Assembly: GCA_040752415.1 (NCBI GenBank)
Contig: JBFMGU010000135.1
Coordinates: forward strand, 1 to 28,874
From: Myxococcota bacterium
GTDB taxonomy: Bacteria > Myxococcota > JACRCW01
Direction: 5' to 3'
DNA: 28,874 nucleotides
Below the pieces are notes generated by a model. That model saw nothing but the letters and a program-made list of their open reading frames with translations, did not search any database and was not told the origin of the DNA. The position numbers and the translations under genes were made by a program. Of this stretch, positions 16,173 to 26,200 are shown one piece after another (positions within the stretch are counted from its first letter, which is position 1; each line of letters starts with the position of its first letter).

Positions 16173-16439
16173 ATGAAACGGCTGGCGACGTGGATGGTGC
16201 TGATCGCGGTGCTCCTGCTCCCGGAGCTGGTGTTGGCGTGTCCCGCGTGCGCGCTCCGGCAGGAGAAGAACCGTGTGGCCTACCTGGTCACCACCGCGCT
16301 GCTCAGCGTCATCCCGCTGCTCTCGGTGGGCGGGTTGGTGTGGTGGATGCGCAAGCGCCTGGCGGAGCAGGAACAGGCGCAGCGCGCGGGACCAGCAACG
16401 CCGGCGCAGGAATTGCGTCGGCTGCCGTCGGAGACGTGA
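16173..16439 (+). CDS. Small exported CxxC membrane protein, 88 aa
   Basis: GAGG then ATG 16173: signal-like MKRLATWMVLIAVLLLPELVLA, then CPAC, one TM helix and a basic cytoplasmic tail. Confidence 0.8.
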   Translation: MKRLATWMVLIAVLLLPELVLACPACALRQEKNRVAYLVTTALLSVIPLLSVGGLVWWMRKRLAEQEQAQRAGPATPAQELRRLPSET

Positions 16440-16547
16440 GACCCGCGGGTTTCCACTCCACGCTGAGGCTCTGATAAGGAACGCGCCCCCTTTCTGGTGC
16501 ACGGCGTGTGCGCCGCGTTGTCCCCCCATTCCCCAGGAATAGAACCC

Positions 16548-17036
16548 ATGCGTCAGACTGTGTTTGTGTTGAGCCTCTCCGCTGCCGTCTCAATCTTCGC
16601 CGTGGCCTGCGACAAGGGTGGAAGCGCTCCCGCTCCCGCGGCCAACCCCGTGGAGGCCGCCGCCGCTCCCGCCCCCGCGCCGGCTGCTGCTCCCGCCGCG
16701 CAGCCCGCTGCCGCACCCGCAGCCGGTGGTGCGCCGGTGGCTGCCGCTGGTGGCGCCGCCGCGGAGGCCAAGACCATCCTGGATACGCGTTGCGCGCTGT
16801 GCCACGGCGCCGACGGAAGCGGCAATGGCGCCGCCGCCGCCGCCCTCAACCCCAAGCCCCGCAACTGGAAGGATGCCGAGTGGCAGAAGTCCACCACCGA
16901 CGAGCAGATTGCCAAGGTCATCGTTGAGGGCGGCCAGGCCATCGGGAAGAGCCCGCTCATGGCGGCCAACCCCGACCTCAAGGGCAAGGATGAAGTGGTC
17001 AAGGAGCTGGTGAAGCTGGTTCGCGCGTTCAAGTGA
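16548..17036 (+). CDS. Monoheme cytochrome c lipoprotein with Ala/Pro tether, 162 aa
   Basis: AGGA SD, ATG 16548, lipobox FAVA-C, long AP linker, CALCHG, PKPRNW, GKSPLM axial Met. Confidence 0.92.
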   Translation: MRQTVFVLSLSAAVSIFAVACDKGGSAPAPAANPVEAAAAPAPAPAAAPAAQPAAAPAAGGAPVAAAGGAAAEAKTILDTRCALCHGADGSGNGAAAAALNPKPRNWKDAEWQKSTTDEQIAKVIVEGGQAIGKSPLMAANPDLKGKDEVVKELVKLVRAFK

Positions 17037-17050
17037 AGCACCGGGTGTGC

Positions 17051-17075
17051 GGGCGTCGCTTCCCCCCCGACGCCC
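17051..17075 (+). terminator. GC hairpin after cytochrome c gene
   Basis: GGGCGTCG / CGACGCCC 8-bp stem 14 nt after the stop; no U tract. Confidence 0.35.
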
Positions 17076-17110
17076 CGCCCTCAAGACAGCCGCTGAAGTC
17101 TAACGCGTGC

Positions 17111-17307
17111 CGCATTCGGCCCGAGCGAAAGCGGTACTTCATACCGCAGTCCGAAGGGGTGCGGGCGCCGCTTGTCGTCGTTGGTTGCGAACGCCCGCAC
17201 CCGCGAGACGCATCGGATGGTGCCGGCGAGCCTCCGCACAAAGGACGAACGCGGCCGGCACTTTCGGACTGCGGTATGAAGTACCGCTTTCTCTCGAACC
17301 GAATGCG
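17111..17307. repeat. Long inverted repeat (REP-doublet/REPIN-like element)
   Basis: 45-nt arms 17111-17155 and 17263-17307, 42/45 complementary with a perfect 29-nt core GAAAGCGGTACTTCATACCGCAGTCCGAA. Each arm holds the hairpin GCGGTA-N5-TACCGC. Confidence 0.85.
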
Positions 17308-17446
17308 CCCAACGCCCACAGCGACAGCCGTGAGTCCTGGGGCAAACCGGTGGTGCTCGCACTCCCCAAGCGGGCTCCGCGCGTCCGGGTTGCCCATCGC
17401 CCGCGGGGCAAGGCTAATCGACACTAAATGGCTGGAGGGGCCAGCG

Positions 17447-17476
17447 GCGCCGCGGAGCGAGAGGGCCCCGCGGCGC
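17447..17476 (-). terminator. GC hairpin downstream of the 672-aa gene
   Basis: GCGCCGCGG / CCGCGGCGC 9-bp stem 12 nt past the stop codon; no clear U tract. Confidence 0.35.
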
Positions 17477-17488
17477 GCGGTCACGACG

Positions 17489-19507
17489 TCACTTCGGCTC
17501 GATCTCGCTGGAATCCATGGCCGTGGCCACGGTCCGGATGCTGACGAACGGGCTCGACTCGTGGATGCCCTGCGCGATGCGGTGCGTGATGTTGGGCGGG
17601 GAGAAATACTGCGGCTTGTTGGGGTCGCCCAGCGGCGTGCTGCGGGCGCGCTCCAGGTCCGGCTCAATGGCCTTGTTCAGCCACTGCGTGGCCTGCTCCC
17701 GCGTCAGCCCGTTGTTCTGCAGGACGTCCGCCGCCGCCGCCTCCACGCCCTTCATCATCATCTTGGCCAGCTCCATCTTCTGCGCGTCGAGGGTGCCGCC
17801 CGGGAGGAAGTCCTCCTTCTTGCCGCCCACGCCCACGTAGAGCTCCGCCGTCTTCTGCTGCGCGAACTTCTGCAGCTCCGCCGGGTTGGTGAACCGCTGG
17901 GCCTTGGCCTCCGCGATCATCACCTTGTTGAGCACCGGCATGGCCAGGCCGATGTACTGCTCATTGGTGACGCCAGTGCGCTGCTTGACGGTGTCCAGGA
18001 AGCCCAGCACCAGCGCGTTCACCGTCACCCCGCCCACGTCCTTGAAGCTGGCGTAGATGTTCAGGAAGTCGTTGAGGATGTCCGGCGTGGTCTCCGGCGG
18101 CCAGGCCAGGCCCTTGCCAATCCGCGTCTCCGTGGCCGGGTTGGTCAACCCCTCCTTCTTCCACAGCGGCTCGAAGCTGGTCTCCTTCATCGGCTCGCCA
18201 GCCAGCGACTCGTACTTGGCCTTCACTTCCGCGAAGAACTTCTTCCCTTCCGCCTCGCCCCAGATCTCCTTGAACGCCGCCTCGTTGTGCGGAACGTTCA
18301 GCATGATGTTGGTGACGATGGTCTTGTGCTCCGCGCAGTACGTGTGCCACTTCGGGTCGCTGTGGAGCTCCGGGTCGTCGCGGACCCACTTCTGGTAGAA
18401 CTCCAGCGTCGTCTTCAGGTCAATGGTCTTGTACAGGTCGTTCTTGTAGTCGGGCGGGAACTCCACGCCCTTGTTCAGCAGCTTGTCGGCGATGAGCGCG
18501 TTCTGGTTGAGCACCGCCTGCGGAACGCCCTGCAAGCTCACGATCTGCACGTTGGCCGGGTAGCCTTTCACGTGCCACTGGTTCGAGTGGTAGGTCTCCG
18601 GCGAGTTGGTGGTGCGGCCAGCGCCGACGTACGCGCCCAGGTGCGTGTTGCCACCCTCCGTCTTCAGCATGTTGGTGGCCAGGTCCTTCAGCGAGCCGTT
18701 GTGCATCTCCGGGTGGATGTACGCGATCAGCGCGTAGATCGGGTCGTCCGGGCCCAGGCCCATCTCCTTGCGGAGCAGATCATCCATGACCTGGTGGCCG
18801 GGCACGGTGGTGCCGTCGGGAGCGGTGATGGTGCCGTGGTCGTTCACCGGCACCGGGCGCATGCCGATCTTTCCGCCGCCGAGGTCGTAGTGGAAGTCGC
18901 GCACGTTGTAGCTGCCGCCGGTGGGGAGCTGCACGTCGGTGGTGCCGAACTTGTCGGCCTTGATGCCCTTGTAGGCGTCGGCGAGCGCGTCGGCCTTGAC
19001 CTTCCACGGGCCGTCGAAGGTGGGCGTGCCCTTGTAGTGGGCCGGGTTCACCACCGCGCCGGTGTTGCCCAGGCGGTGATCCATCACGGTGCCGCCGCTG
19101 CCCACGGTGCCGCCGCTGACGGGCACGTTGCTCCCGCCGCTCGAGGGAGGCAGGGGCGTGGTGCCGCCGCTCGCCGGGGTGGTGGCGCGCAGCCCGGCCA
19201 GGAAGTCAGCCAGGCCCGCGGTCTTGGCCGCCTTGGTGAGCTTCACGTCGGCCGCAAGCTCGCCGAGGTGGCTCTTGAGCGCCGCGTCCGCGTTGGGGTG
19301 GCCAGCCAGCTTCTTGAGCCACTCACCTTCCTGCACATTGAGCGACTTCGTGCGGCCGCCAACGAGGGATTGCCAGTTGTTGTCGAGGAGCGTGCGGAGC
19401 TCCCCGGCGCTGGCACCGGCCGGAATCTTGGGCAGCGTGGGCTGCTGGCTGGTGGTGCTCGACGGCGTGGTGACGGTACCTGCAGGTCGGTTTGTGACGG
19501 GCGGCAT
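17489..19507 (-). CDS. Hypothetical protein, possible permuted papain-like (NlpC/P60) hydrolase with low-complexity N-terminus, 672 aa
   Basis: GGGAG SD, very strong GC3, S/T/P-rich N-terminus without signal peptide; THLGAYVG and TYCAEH motifs in His-then-Cys order. Confidence 0.8.
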   Translation of the reverse strand: MPPVTNRPAGTVTTPSSTTSQQPTLPKIPAGASAGELRTLLDNNWQSLVGGRTKSLNVQEGEWLKKLAGHPNADAALKSHLGELAADVKLTKAAKTAGLADFLAGLRATTPASGGTTPLPPSSGGSNVPVSGGTVGSGGTVMDHRLGNTGAVVNPAHYKGTPTFDGPWKVKADALADAYKGIKADKFGTTDVQLPTGGSYNVRDFHYDLGGGKIGMRPVPVNDHGTITAPDGTTVPGHQVMDDLLRKEMGLGPDDPIYALIAYIHPEMHNGSLKDLATNMLKTEGGNTHLGAYVGAGRTTNSPETYHSNQWHVKGYPANVQIVSLQGVPQAVLNQNALIADKLLNKGVEFPPDYKNDLYKTIDLKTTLEFYQKWVRDDPELHSDPKWHTYCAEHKTIVTNIMLNVPHNEAAFKEIWGEAEGKKFFAEVKAKYESLAGEPMKETSFEPLWKKEGLTNPATETRIGKGLAWPPETTPDILNDFLNIYASFKDVGGVTVNALVLGFLDTVKQRTGVTNEQYIGLAMPVLNKVMIAEAKAQRFTNPAELQKFAQQKTAELYVGVGGKKEDFLPGGTLDAQKMELAKMMMKGVEAAAADVLQNNGLTREQATQWLNKAIEPDLERARSTPLGDPNKPQYFSPPNITHRIAQGIHESSPFVSIRTVATAMDSSEIEPK

Positions 19508-19536
19508 CTCAACACTCCCAATTTTGAGGACGGGAG

Positions 19537-19565
19537 ACGCTACGCACGTGAAAATAGGGTGTCAA
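19537..19565 (-). promoter_or_regulatory. Sigma70-type promoter of the 672-aa gene
   Basis: Minus strand TTGACA (19565-19560), 17-nt spacer, TAGCGT (19542-19537), about 30 nt upstream of the ATG. Confidence 0.65.
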
Positions 19566-19606
19566 CGAACCGGCCCGCAGGCTACTGGCTGGGCGCCGCC
19601 CCCCGC

Positions 19607-20164
19607 TCACCCGCCGCTGCTGGAGGACGCCACCGAGCTCGTGCCGGGGCCCGCGTCGGTGCCCAACGTGCCGGAAGTGGTACCCGGAGCACTGCTACCG
19701 CTGGAACTTGACGACGGAAGCTCTTCCGAGGTCTCGCCGGGGGCTAGGGAGGTGACCTCGAAGAACTCCTTGGCGGACGGCGTGGGTGCGCTGTTTCGAT
19801 AGACCACGGCCTTCCAGATCCCGGTCATCAGGTACGTGTCAATGCTGGTGCCCTGGATGGGGAGGTGCACCTGCGTGACGCCACCACGTCCGATGGCGAC
19901 CGTGGACTTCAGAAAGCACCGGCCAGCCGGCGTGAAGACCTCGGTGTATTGCTCGTCGCCAGGATTCACGTTACTCCATGTGGTTTCGATGGTGACGAAA
20001 GGATCCACGACGGCAACCTGGCCGTCGCCGGAGTTGGACTTCACCCGGATTCGCGCTTCCGGCATTTCCGTTGGCAAGCTGGCAGTCGCCCTCTCCCGAC
20101 CCGGCTGTTGAGGACAGCCAGCCAGGAGCAGGAGCGCCAGCAGGGCCGCGTCACGCACGATCAT
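19607..20164 (-). CDS. Small lipoprotein with beta-rich (Ig-like) domain and Ser/Gly tail, 185 aa
   Basis: GGAGG SD, MIVRDAALLALLLLAG-C lipobox, GIWKAVVY strand pattern; lies 45 nt downstream of the giant gene, likely co-transcribed. Confidence 0.75.
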   Translation of the reverse strand: MIVRDAALLALLLLAGCPQQPGRERATASLPTEMPEARIRVKSNSGDGQVAVVDPFVTIETTWSNVNPGDEQYTEVFTPAGRCFLKSTVAIGRGGVTQVHLPIQGTSIDTYLMTGIWKAVVYRNSAPTPSAKEFFEVTSLAPGETSEELPSSSSSGSSAPGTTSGTLGTDAGPGTSSVASSSSGG

Positions 20165-20209
20165 GATTCACCTCCGTCGGCTGGAACGACGCTCTCTGTC
20201 CGCCATGCC

Positions 20210-23200
20210 TCATCGGAACGCCCCGAGTGGCACGCCCCAGTAGGTGCCTTCCGCGGTGGCCGCGAAGATGACCGGCCCCCCCGCGCCCTGGGTCAACGTC
20301 AAACCGCTGATGGCCCCATCCGACGCCAGGACCACGCTGGCGCCAACCTGCAGACCGGTCTCGAGGTCGAACCGCCGAATCGCTCCCCGGTATCCGACGT
20401 AGATCATGCCTTCGTGGATGAGCGGCGGGGACAGGGGGAACGTGGTGAGCGCGCGGTCCGGGAAGCCAACAAGCACGCCGAAGGCGCTCTCTGGCGACGT
20501 GTCGCACTTGGACTCATCCAGGGTACGCCGCCCCAACCGCCCAGAGCGGGTCGTGTACACCACGCCGCCCGCCCCGTCGGGCGCAAGCCCCTGAACCGAA
20601 CCACTGACGCCGAAGGAGCAGTTGGGGTGGTACCCCGAAGCGGTCTCAACAGCGAAGACCCGCGCGGTAATGGCACCGCAGAACACCGCCGCTCCCGACT
20701 TGATGCAGGGCGTGTCAAACTTGGTATTGATGACCCAGCCGTCGGTTCCCCACGGCATCGGTGGCGAAGGTTCCTGCGCTCCACGACTGCCCGCGAGGTC
20801 GAGCACCAGGATGCCCCTGCTGCCGCTGGGGAACCACGCGCGGCCGGTCTCGTGATCAATCAGCGCTTCGGCGAAGGACTGGCTCGCCAGGGGCTTGTGC
20901 CACACCTCCTGAAGATTCACGTCGAGCGCCACGATGCCCGTGGTTGTCGCGTGGAAGAAGGTGTCCTCCGGGTATTGGGCCGTCACCGACGCTGGCGCCG
21001 CGGACGAGCGCAACATCGTCATGCCGCTGACCGCGCGGGCGTCCATCTCCACCGCCAGGGGACAACCACTACCCGTGCATCCCTCCGCATTGTAGGTGGT
21101 GTGATCTGCCCGGACGTTGATGCGGTACGCGTGGGCGGGTGCGGTGGCAGGAACCTGCTGGTCACTCGCGGCGAAGACGTGCTCATACGGGGGCAGCGCG
21201 CTTGTCTGGGGAAGCGCCACGGGCCGGAGCACGGGATGGGCCAGTCTCGTCGCCCGCCGGTGCTCGTCGCCATTCGTCGAGAAGAAATAGAGTCCCTTAT
21301 CGTTGGAGGGGTAGGCCACGTAGCCTGCGGCAGGTCCGCCCAGCGGCGTGCCTGCTCCAGTGATCAGCGACGTCACCTGCACCGCCACCACGAAGGTCCC
21401 TGTCTCGTCGACGTGCACGCCGTCCCCGATCCCCGGCACCGTCAGGTCGTCACCCGGGTTTCCGGTGGAGTAGATGCCGTCCTGATCCTGATTGTAGATC
21501 CGGTAGGTCGTCTCCGCCGATTTCGGCGTCTCCTGGTCGGAGCACGCGGAGGAGTCCGACGTTGGCCCCGCCCTGAGACACATCACCGTGGATGGTCCGG
21601 TGCCGAAAGTCTCGCCGACGACGTAGCTCACTTTGTCCGCAGGCTGGTCGGTACCCTTCACCACGATGACTCGTGCCGGCCGCTCCGCGATGTTGTTCCA
21701 GATGAACCGCGTTCCAGGGAGCCCCACCGAGCGAATGGCCACGGGATGCAGGACGTCCTTGACCACCTTGACCACATAGGGAATGTCGTTCCGCGTCCGG
21801 GTGACGTCGTCCGCAGTAGTCCATGAAGCGGAGAGATCGGTGAAGGTGAGAACGTCGGAAGCCGAGGGGAATCGGTAGGCGAGGTTGAGCCGGAAGGTGC
21901 ACCTCGCGTTGTTCTCGAGAGGACCGCCGCTGAACACCTTGGCGTAGTAGTCCGAAACCGTGTTGCTCATGACGACGCCGCCGTCGCATTCCGGTTGAGG
22001 CGCGGGGTTGAAGCTCCAGAGGAAATCCCCCCGCACGAACGTCGTCCCGCTCGCATCCACGGCATGCTGCGGAGCCCCGAAGACCACTTCGTGGATGGGT
22101 CGGCCGGACTCATTGACCAGGACGATCTCGACCTCCCCGTCATGCGATGCTCCTCCCGGGGAGTTGGTGGTGATGCTGGAACCTGTGGTGTCACGCACGT
22201 TGAACGCGCTGCTGGTCCCGCTCAAGGCCGGATAGGCGCCGTGGGCTCCCGCGGTGAGGGTGAGCCGGGTCTGGGTCTCCTCTCCGTCGAGGGTCACCGC
22301 CAGCGACGCCACACCGGCGTTGAACGAAAGCACCGCGGGGTACTGGCCCGACGGACTTGAGCTGGCCACCGTCAAGGGAACCGTGACCGGTCCGTAGGCC
22401 GCGTCAACCCGATCGTTCTCATCCACCGCGTACACCGTGACCACCAGGGGCTGTTTGAGGCTGACCTCGTCCGGGTTCCCGAGCACCGGCGGAGGCCACT
22501 GACCAGGCAGCGCGATGGCCAACTTCACGGCCCCATTGCCACGGACCATGTAGGGCAGCGAGAGCGCTTCGATGTCCTCAGTTCCACTCCCTGACTGGGA
22601 CACCAGCTTCGTTGCACTTAGAACGTGTGCGCCCGCTGCGCCATCCCTCATGAAGACCGTGCGAGTGTGCTGCGACATGTCAAACGGCAGCAGCGCCGTC
22701 GGTTGGCCCGAGCCGGTGCACGCTGGGTCACCGTGGAAGGTGGCCGAGGGTGATGCCGCGACCTCGAACGCCACGGGACCGGTGGGCGGAACCGGGACCC
22801 CGGTGTCGTTCCGAAGGGATAGCGTCACTGGGACACACCCGCCCACGGAGAAGGTCCCGAGGCTTCCGTCCAGCACAATCTTCGTCGGAGCGACCTTGTA
22901 CGCTGCCGCGGAGACAACGAAGCTCCGCGCGCGGGAATAGCGACGGCCCGCTTCCACCGCATCCTCCACCAGGCTCCGTGGCGACGCAGCGACGCTCAGG
23001 AAGACGGTGCCGTTGGGGCTGGCGGCACCACCGAGGCTGGCCAGCGTGCTGCTCCAGGTGTCCGCGGTATCCACCTCCGCGCTGCCAACGGATGTGGCGA
23101 AGGCAAGTACAACATGCTCCTGCAAACCGGAGGTCGTGACCTCCGCAGGGCCCGCGATGTCGCTCTCGCCGGTGGCGGTATCCGCGCTCATGAGGCGGTC

Positions 23201-26200
23201 GGGAACAACCGGGCCACTCGCCTTCACGCCCACCGCCTCGATCGCTGCGATGGCCTTGCCAAACTTCATCCCGGTGCGCACCCCGTCGATCTTGACGTGG
23301 ACCTTCCCGGCGCGGTCGGCGTTGAACGCCTTGGACCAGACCACGTGGGTCAGCGCGACGCCGCTGGGCAACGGGCGCGAGCCTGCCCCATCGCGTATCC
23401 ACTGGCCGTCCTGGATGTCATCCCAGATGGTCACGCTGGGGTGCTCCAACGGAATCACGTTCGCGTTGCTGTAAGGATTCACCGCAACGGCGACTATCAG
23501 CACCCGGTTCTTCCTTGCCGCGTAGTCGAAGGCATACTCCGTGGCGACGTCGTCGTAGGCGACGATGAATTTCGGTCGCATGTCAACCGGGGGCAACGGA
23601 CATGCCAAGCGGCCGCCAGGGTCAAGGCCCCACGGTTGCTCTTCCGCGGGGCAGTCCTTGGCCGTGCCGTCGCAGTGCTCGCGCTCGTCGCACCATGCCA
23701 TCTGGGAGTTTCCGCAGGTCCACAAATGCGGACGGACACGGTCCTCACAGCTCTTGCTGACCCCATCGCACCGATCCTGCAGGTCGCATTCCTGGCCGTG
23801 GTAGTCCCCGCAGGGAGTGCCAGCCGGCCTGGGGATGTCCTCGGGACACGTGGGGCTTGAGCCCGTACACGCCTCCGGTGCGTCGCAATCCCCCTCGGTG
23901 TCCCGACAGGGAGTGCCTGCCAGCACATACTGCGGCCGGCAGGTGCCGTGGTCGTCGCACGTGTCCGCAACGTCGCAGTCGCCGTCTGCGCGCCGGCACT
24001 CGGTACCCTCCGCCTTGTAGGTCCGCACGCAGGTACCCAGGCCATCGCACTCGTCGGGCGCGTCGCATGGCTGGAGGAAGCCCGCGGGCGCGCACTCCGT
24101 GCCACGTCGTTTGAAACCGTCCTGGGGACACGTCGTGCTCGTGCCATTGCAGTACTCCGCAACATCGCAGACACCCTCCGCGCCCCGACATGGCTCCGGG
24201 TGGTCCGGGCGGACCGGAGTGCAGGTCCCGTCCTGCGTCCCGCCCGCCGCACGGCTGCATGCCTGGCAGTCGGTGGTGGAGCCACCGCCGCACGCGCTCT
24301 CGCAACACACTCCATCGGCGCAGTATCCCGTGCTGCACTCCGCGTTCGACGAGCAAGCGTTGCCCCACGCGTGGTATTCCCATGTCTCGGCGAGTGCGTC
24401 GGGGCCGCGGCCGCCAAAGAGCACAACCCGACGGCGTGCGGAGTCGAATGCCATCGCCGAGTAGTCACGTGGCCCTGGCGAGGAATCCGGGTCTTCCGTC
24501 GCCTCCAGCGCTTCCTTCCACGCGTACCCCCCGGCATCCCAAGCAAGCTCCCACGTCGACGGGCGCTGGCCCGACTCGGAGATGCCGCCGAACATGACCA
24601 CCACGCCGCGGGCGTCGTCGCCAACCATGGAATGTCCGAACCGCGCGTCCGGCTGAGAGTCCCCGGAAACGTGAATCTGGACCCAGTTGTCACCTTGGAG
24701 CTCGTAGGCGTCTTGAAGGGGGTGCGTGCCGTCCTCCCCGCCGAACAACACCAGCGCGTTCCGCTCGGGGTGGTACGCCATCGCATGCGCGGAACGGATC
24801 GGCACCGTGCCGCTCATCGACCTCCATTGCATGCCGTCCCACGCCCAGCTGTCGCCCTGGGGACCGGAGGCGTTTGAGCCACCCACCAGGACCACGCGTC
24901 CACGGGTGGGGTCGTAGGCCATCGCGTGGCCATAGCGCGGCCCCGGGCCATCCGCGGTGCTGGGCGGAGTCACGTCTGACCATTGCGGATCCGCCAACGG
25001 TGCCGGCCGGCCCCACTCCCACACGTCCTCGAAAACAGTATCCCCGGCGCTGGCACCGCCAAACAGGACCAGGCGCTCACGCCGAGCGTCGTAGGCCATC
25101 GCGTGCTGAAACCGTGCGGGCGGCGCAATGACGTGGGTCCACTCCTGCCATCTCGTGCCATCCCATGACCACGTATCTCCGACCGGCGCCCCGTCGACAG
25201 AACCGCCAAACACGAACACCTTTCGTTCGACATCGTGATACGCGCCCGCGCCCATCGCGCGTGCGGGAGGAGGATTGGGAGTGACGTCGGACCACTGAAG
25301 CGACGACGACAGACGCCAGACATCGTCTCGCGCGGAGCCGCCCCTGCGGCCACCCATGGCAGCCAGGCCGCGCTTGTCCGAAACCAGAACCACGCCAGAC
25401 CTTGCCGGGGGACGGTCGAAGTCCACGTCGAGGGAAACCCAGCTGCCGCCTTGCAACGACCACGCGTCGTTCAACGCCCCCGCGACTCCTTCGCCGCCGA
25501 ACAGCGTGATGACGTGGCGCACATGGTCGTACGCCATACCGGCACCGCTTCGCGCGGGCGGGCGGGGGCCCTCGAGCAGCGTCCACTGCGCTCCGTCCCA
25601 GTGCCACGTCTCGTCGGAAAGACCTGTGGCGGTGCGCCCGCCAAAGACGTAGATGCCCGCCCCACCAACCTCCGACGCCATCACATGACCGTGGCGCGCG
25701 GCGGGTGCGGGGGAGCCGGGCAGTCCCTGCGGCTCGCGCCGTTCCCACGACGTGCCATCCCACTCCCAGATGTCCGCGAGGTCGCCGGCATCGCCCGTTC
25801 CGCCGAAGAGGACAACGACACCGCGCGCGTGATCGAACGCCATCGCGTGGTGGGCCCGGGGCTCGGGAGGGTCGCCCGTGGCGGAAGCTACGGCCCAGGC
25901 GCTGCCGGTCCACAACCAGGTCGTGCCGTCGCTGATCGGCCCGCCCTCGCCAATGCCACCGAACATCACCGCTTCAGTGCGGGCTGCGTCCCATGCGATT
26001 CCGTGACCTGCTCGCGCCGAGGGATACTCGTCCGACGCGGACGGCGGCCAGAAGCGTTGCCATGCGTTCCCATTCCACGTCCACGTGTCATCGAGCGGAC
26101 CGGTGGTTGTCATCCCGCCGAACATGAGCACGTTGCCATTCGCGAGTCGTGCTGCCGCGTGGGAGAAGCGTGCCTCGGGAAGCGCGGCGTCCTTAAGCTC

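Noticed and set aside
17111..17307. Possible CRISPR repeat (palindromic ~30-mer seen twice)
   Set aside because: Only two copies, in inverted orientation, with no spacer periodicity and no cas genes.
17338..17400. GGGCAAACC resembling a c-di-GMP-I riboswitch start
   Set aside because: No GAAA-capped stem or GACGCAAA follows, and the site lies between convergent gene ends.
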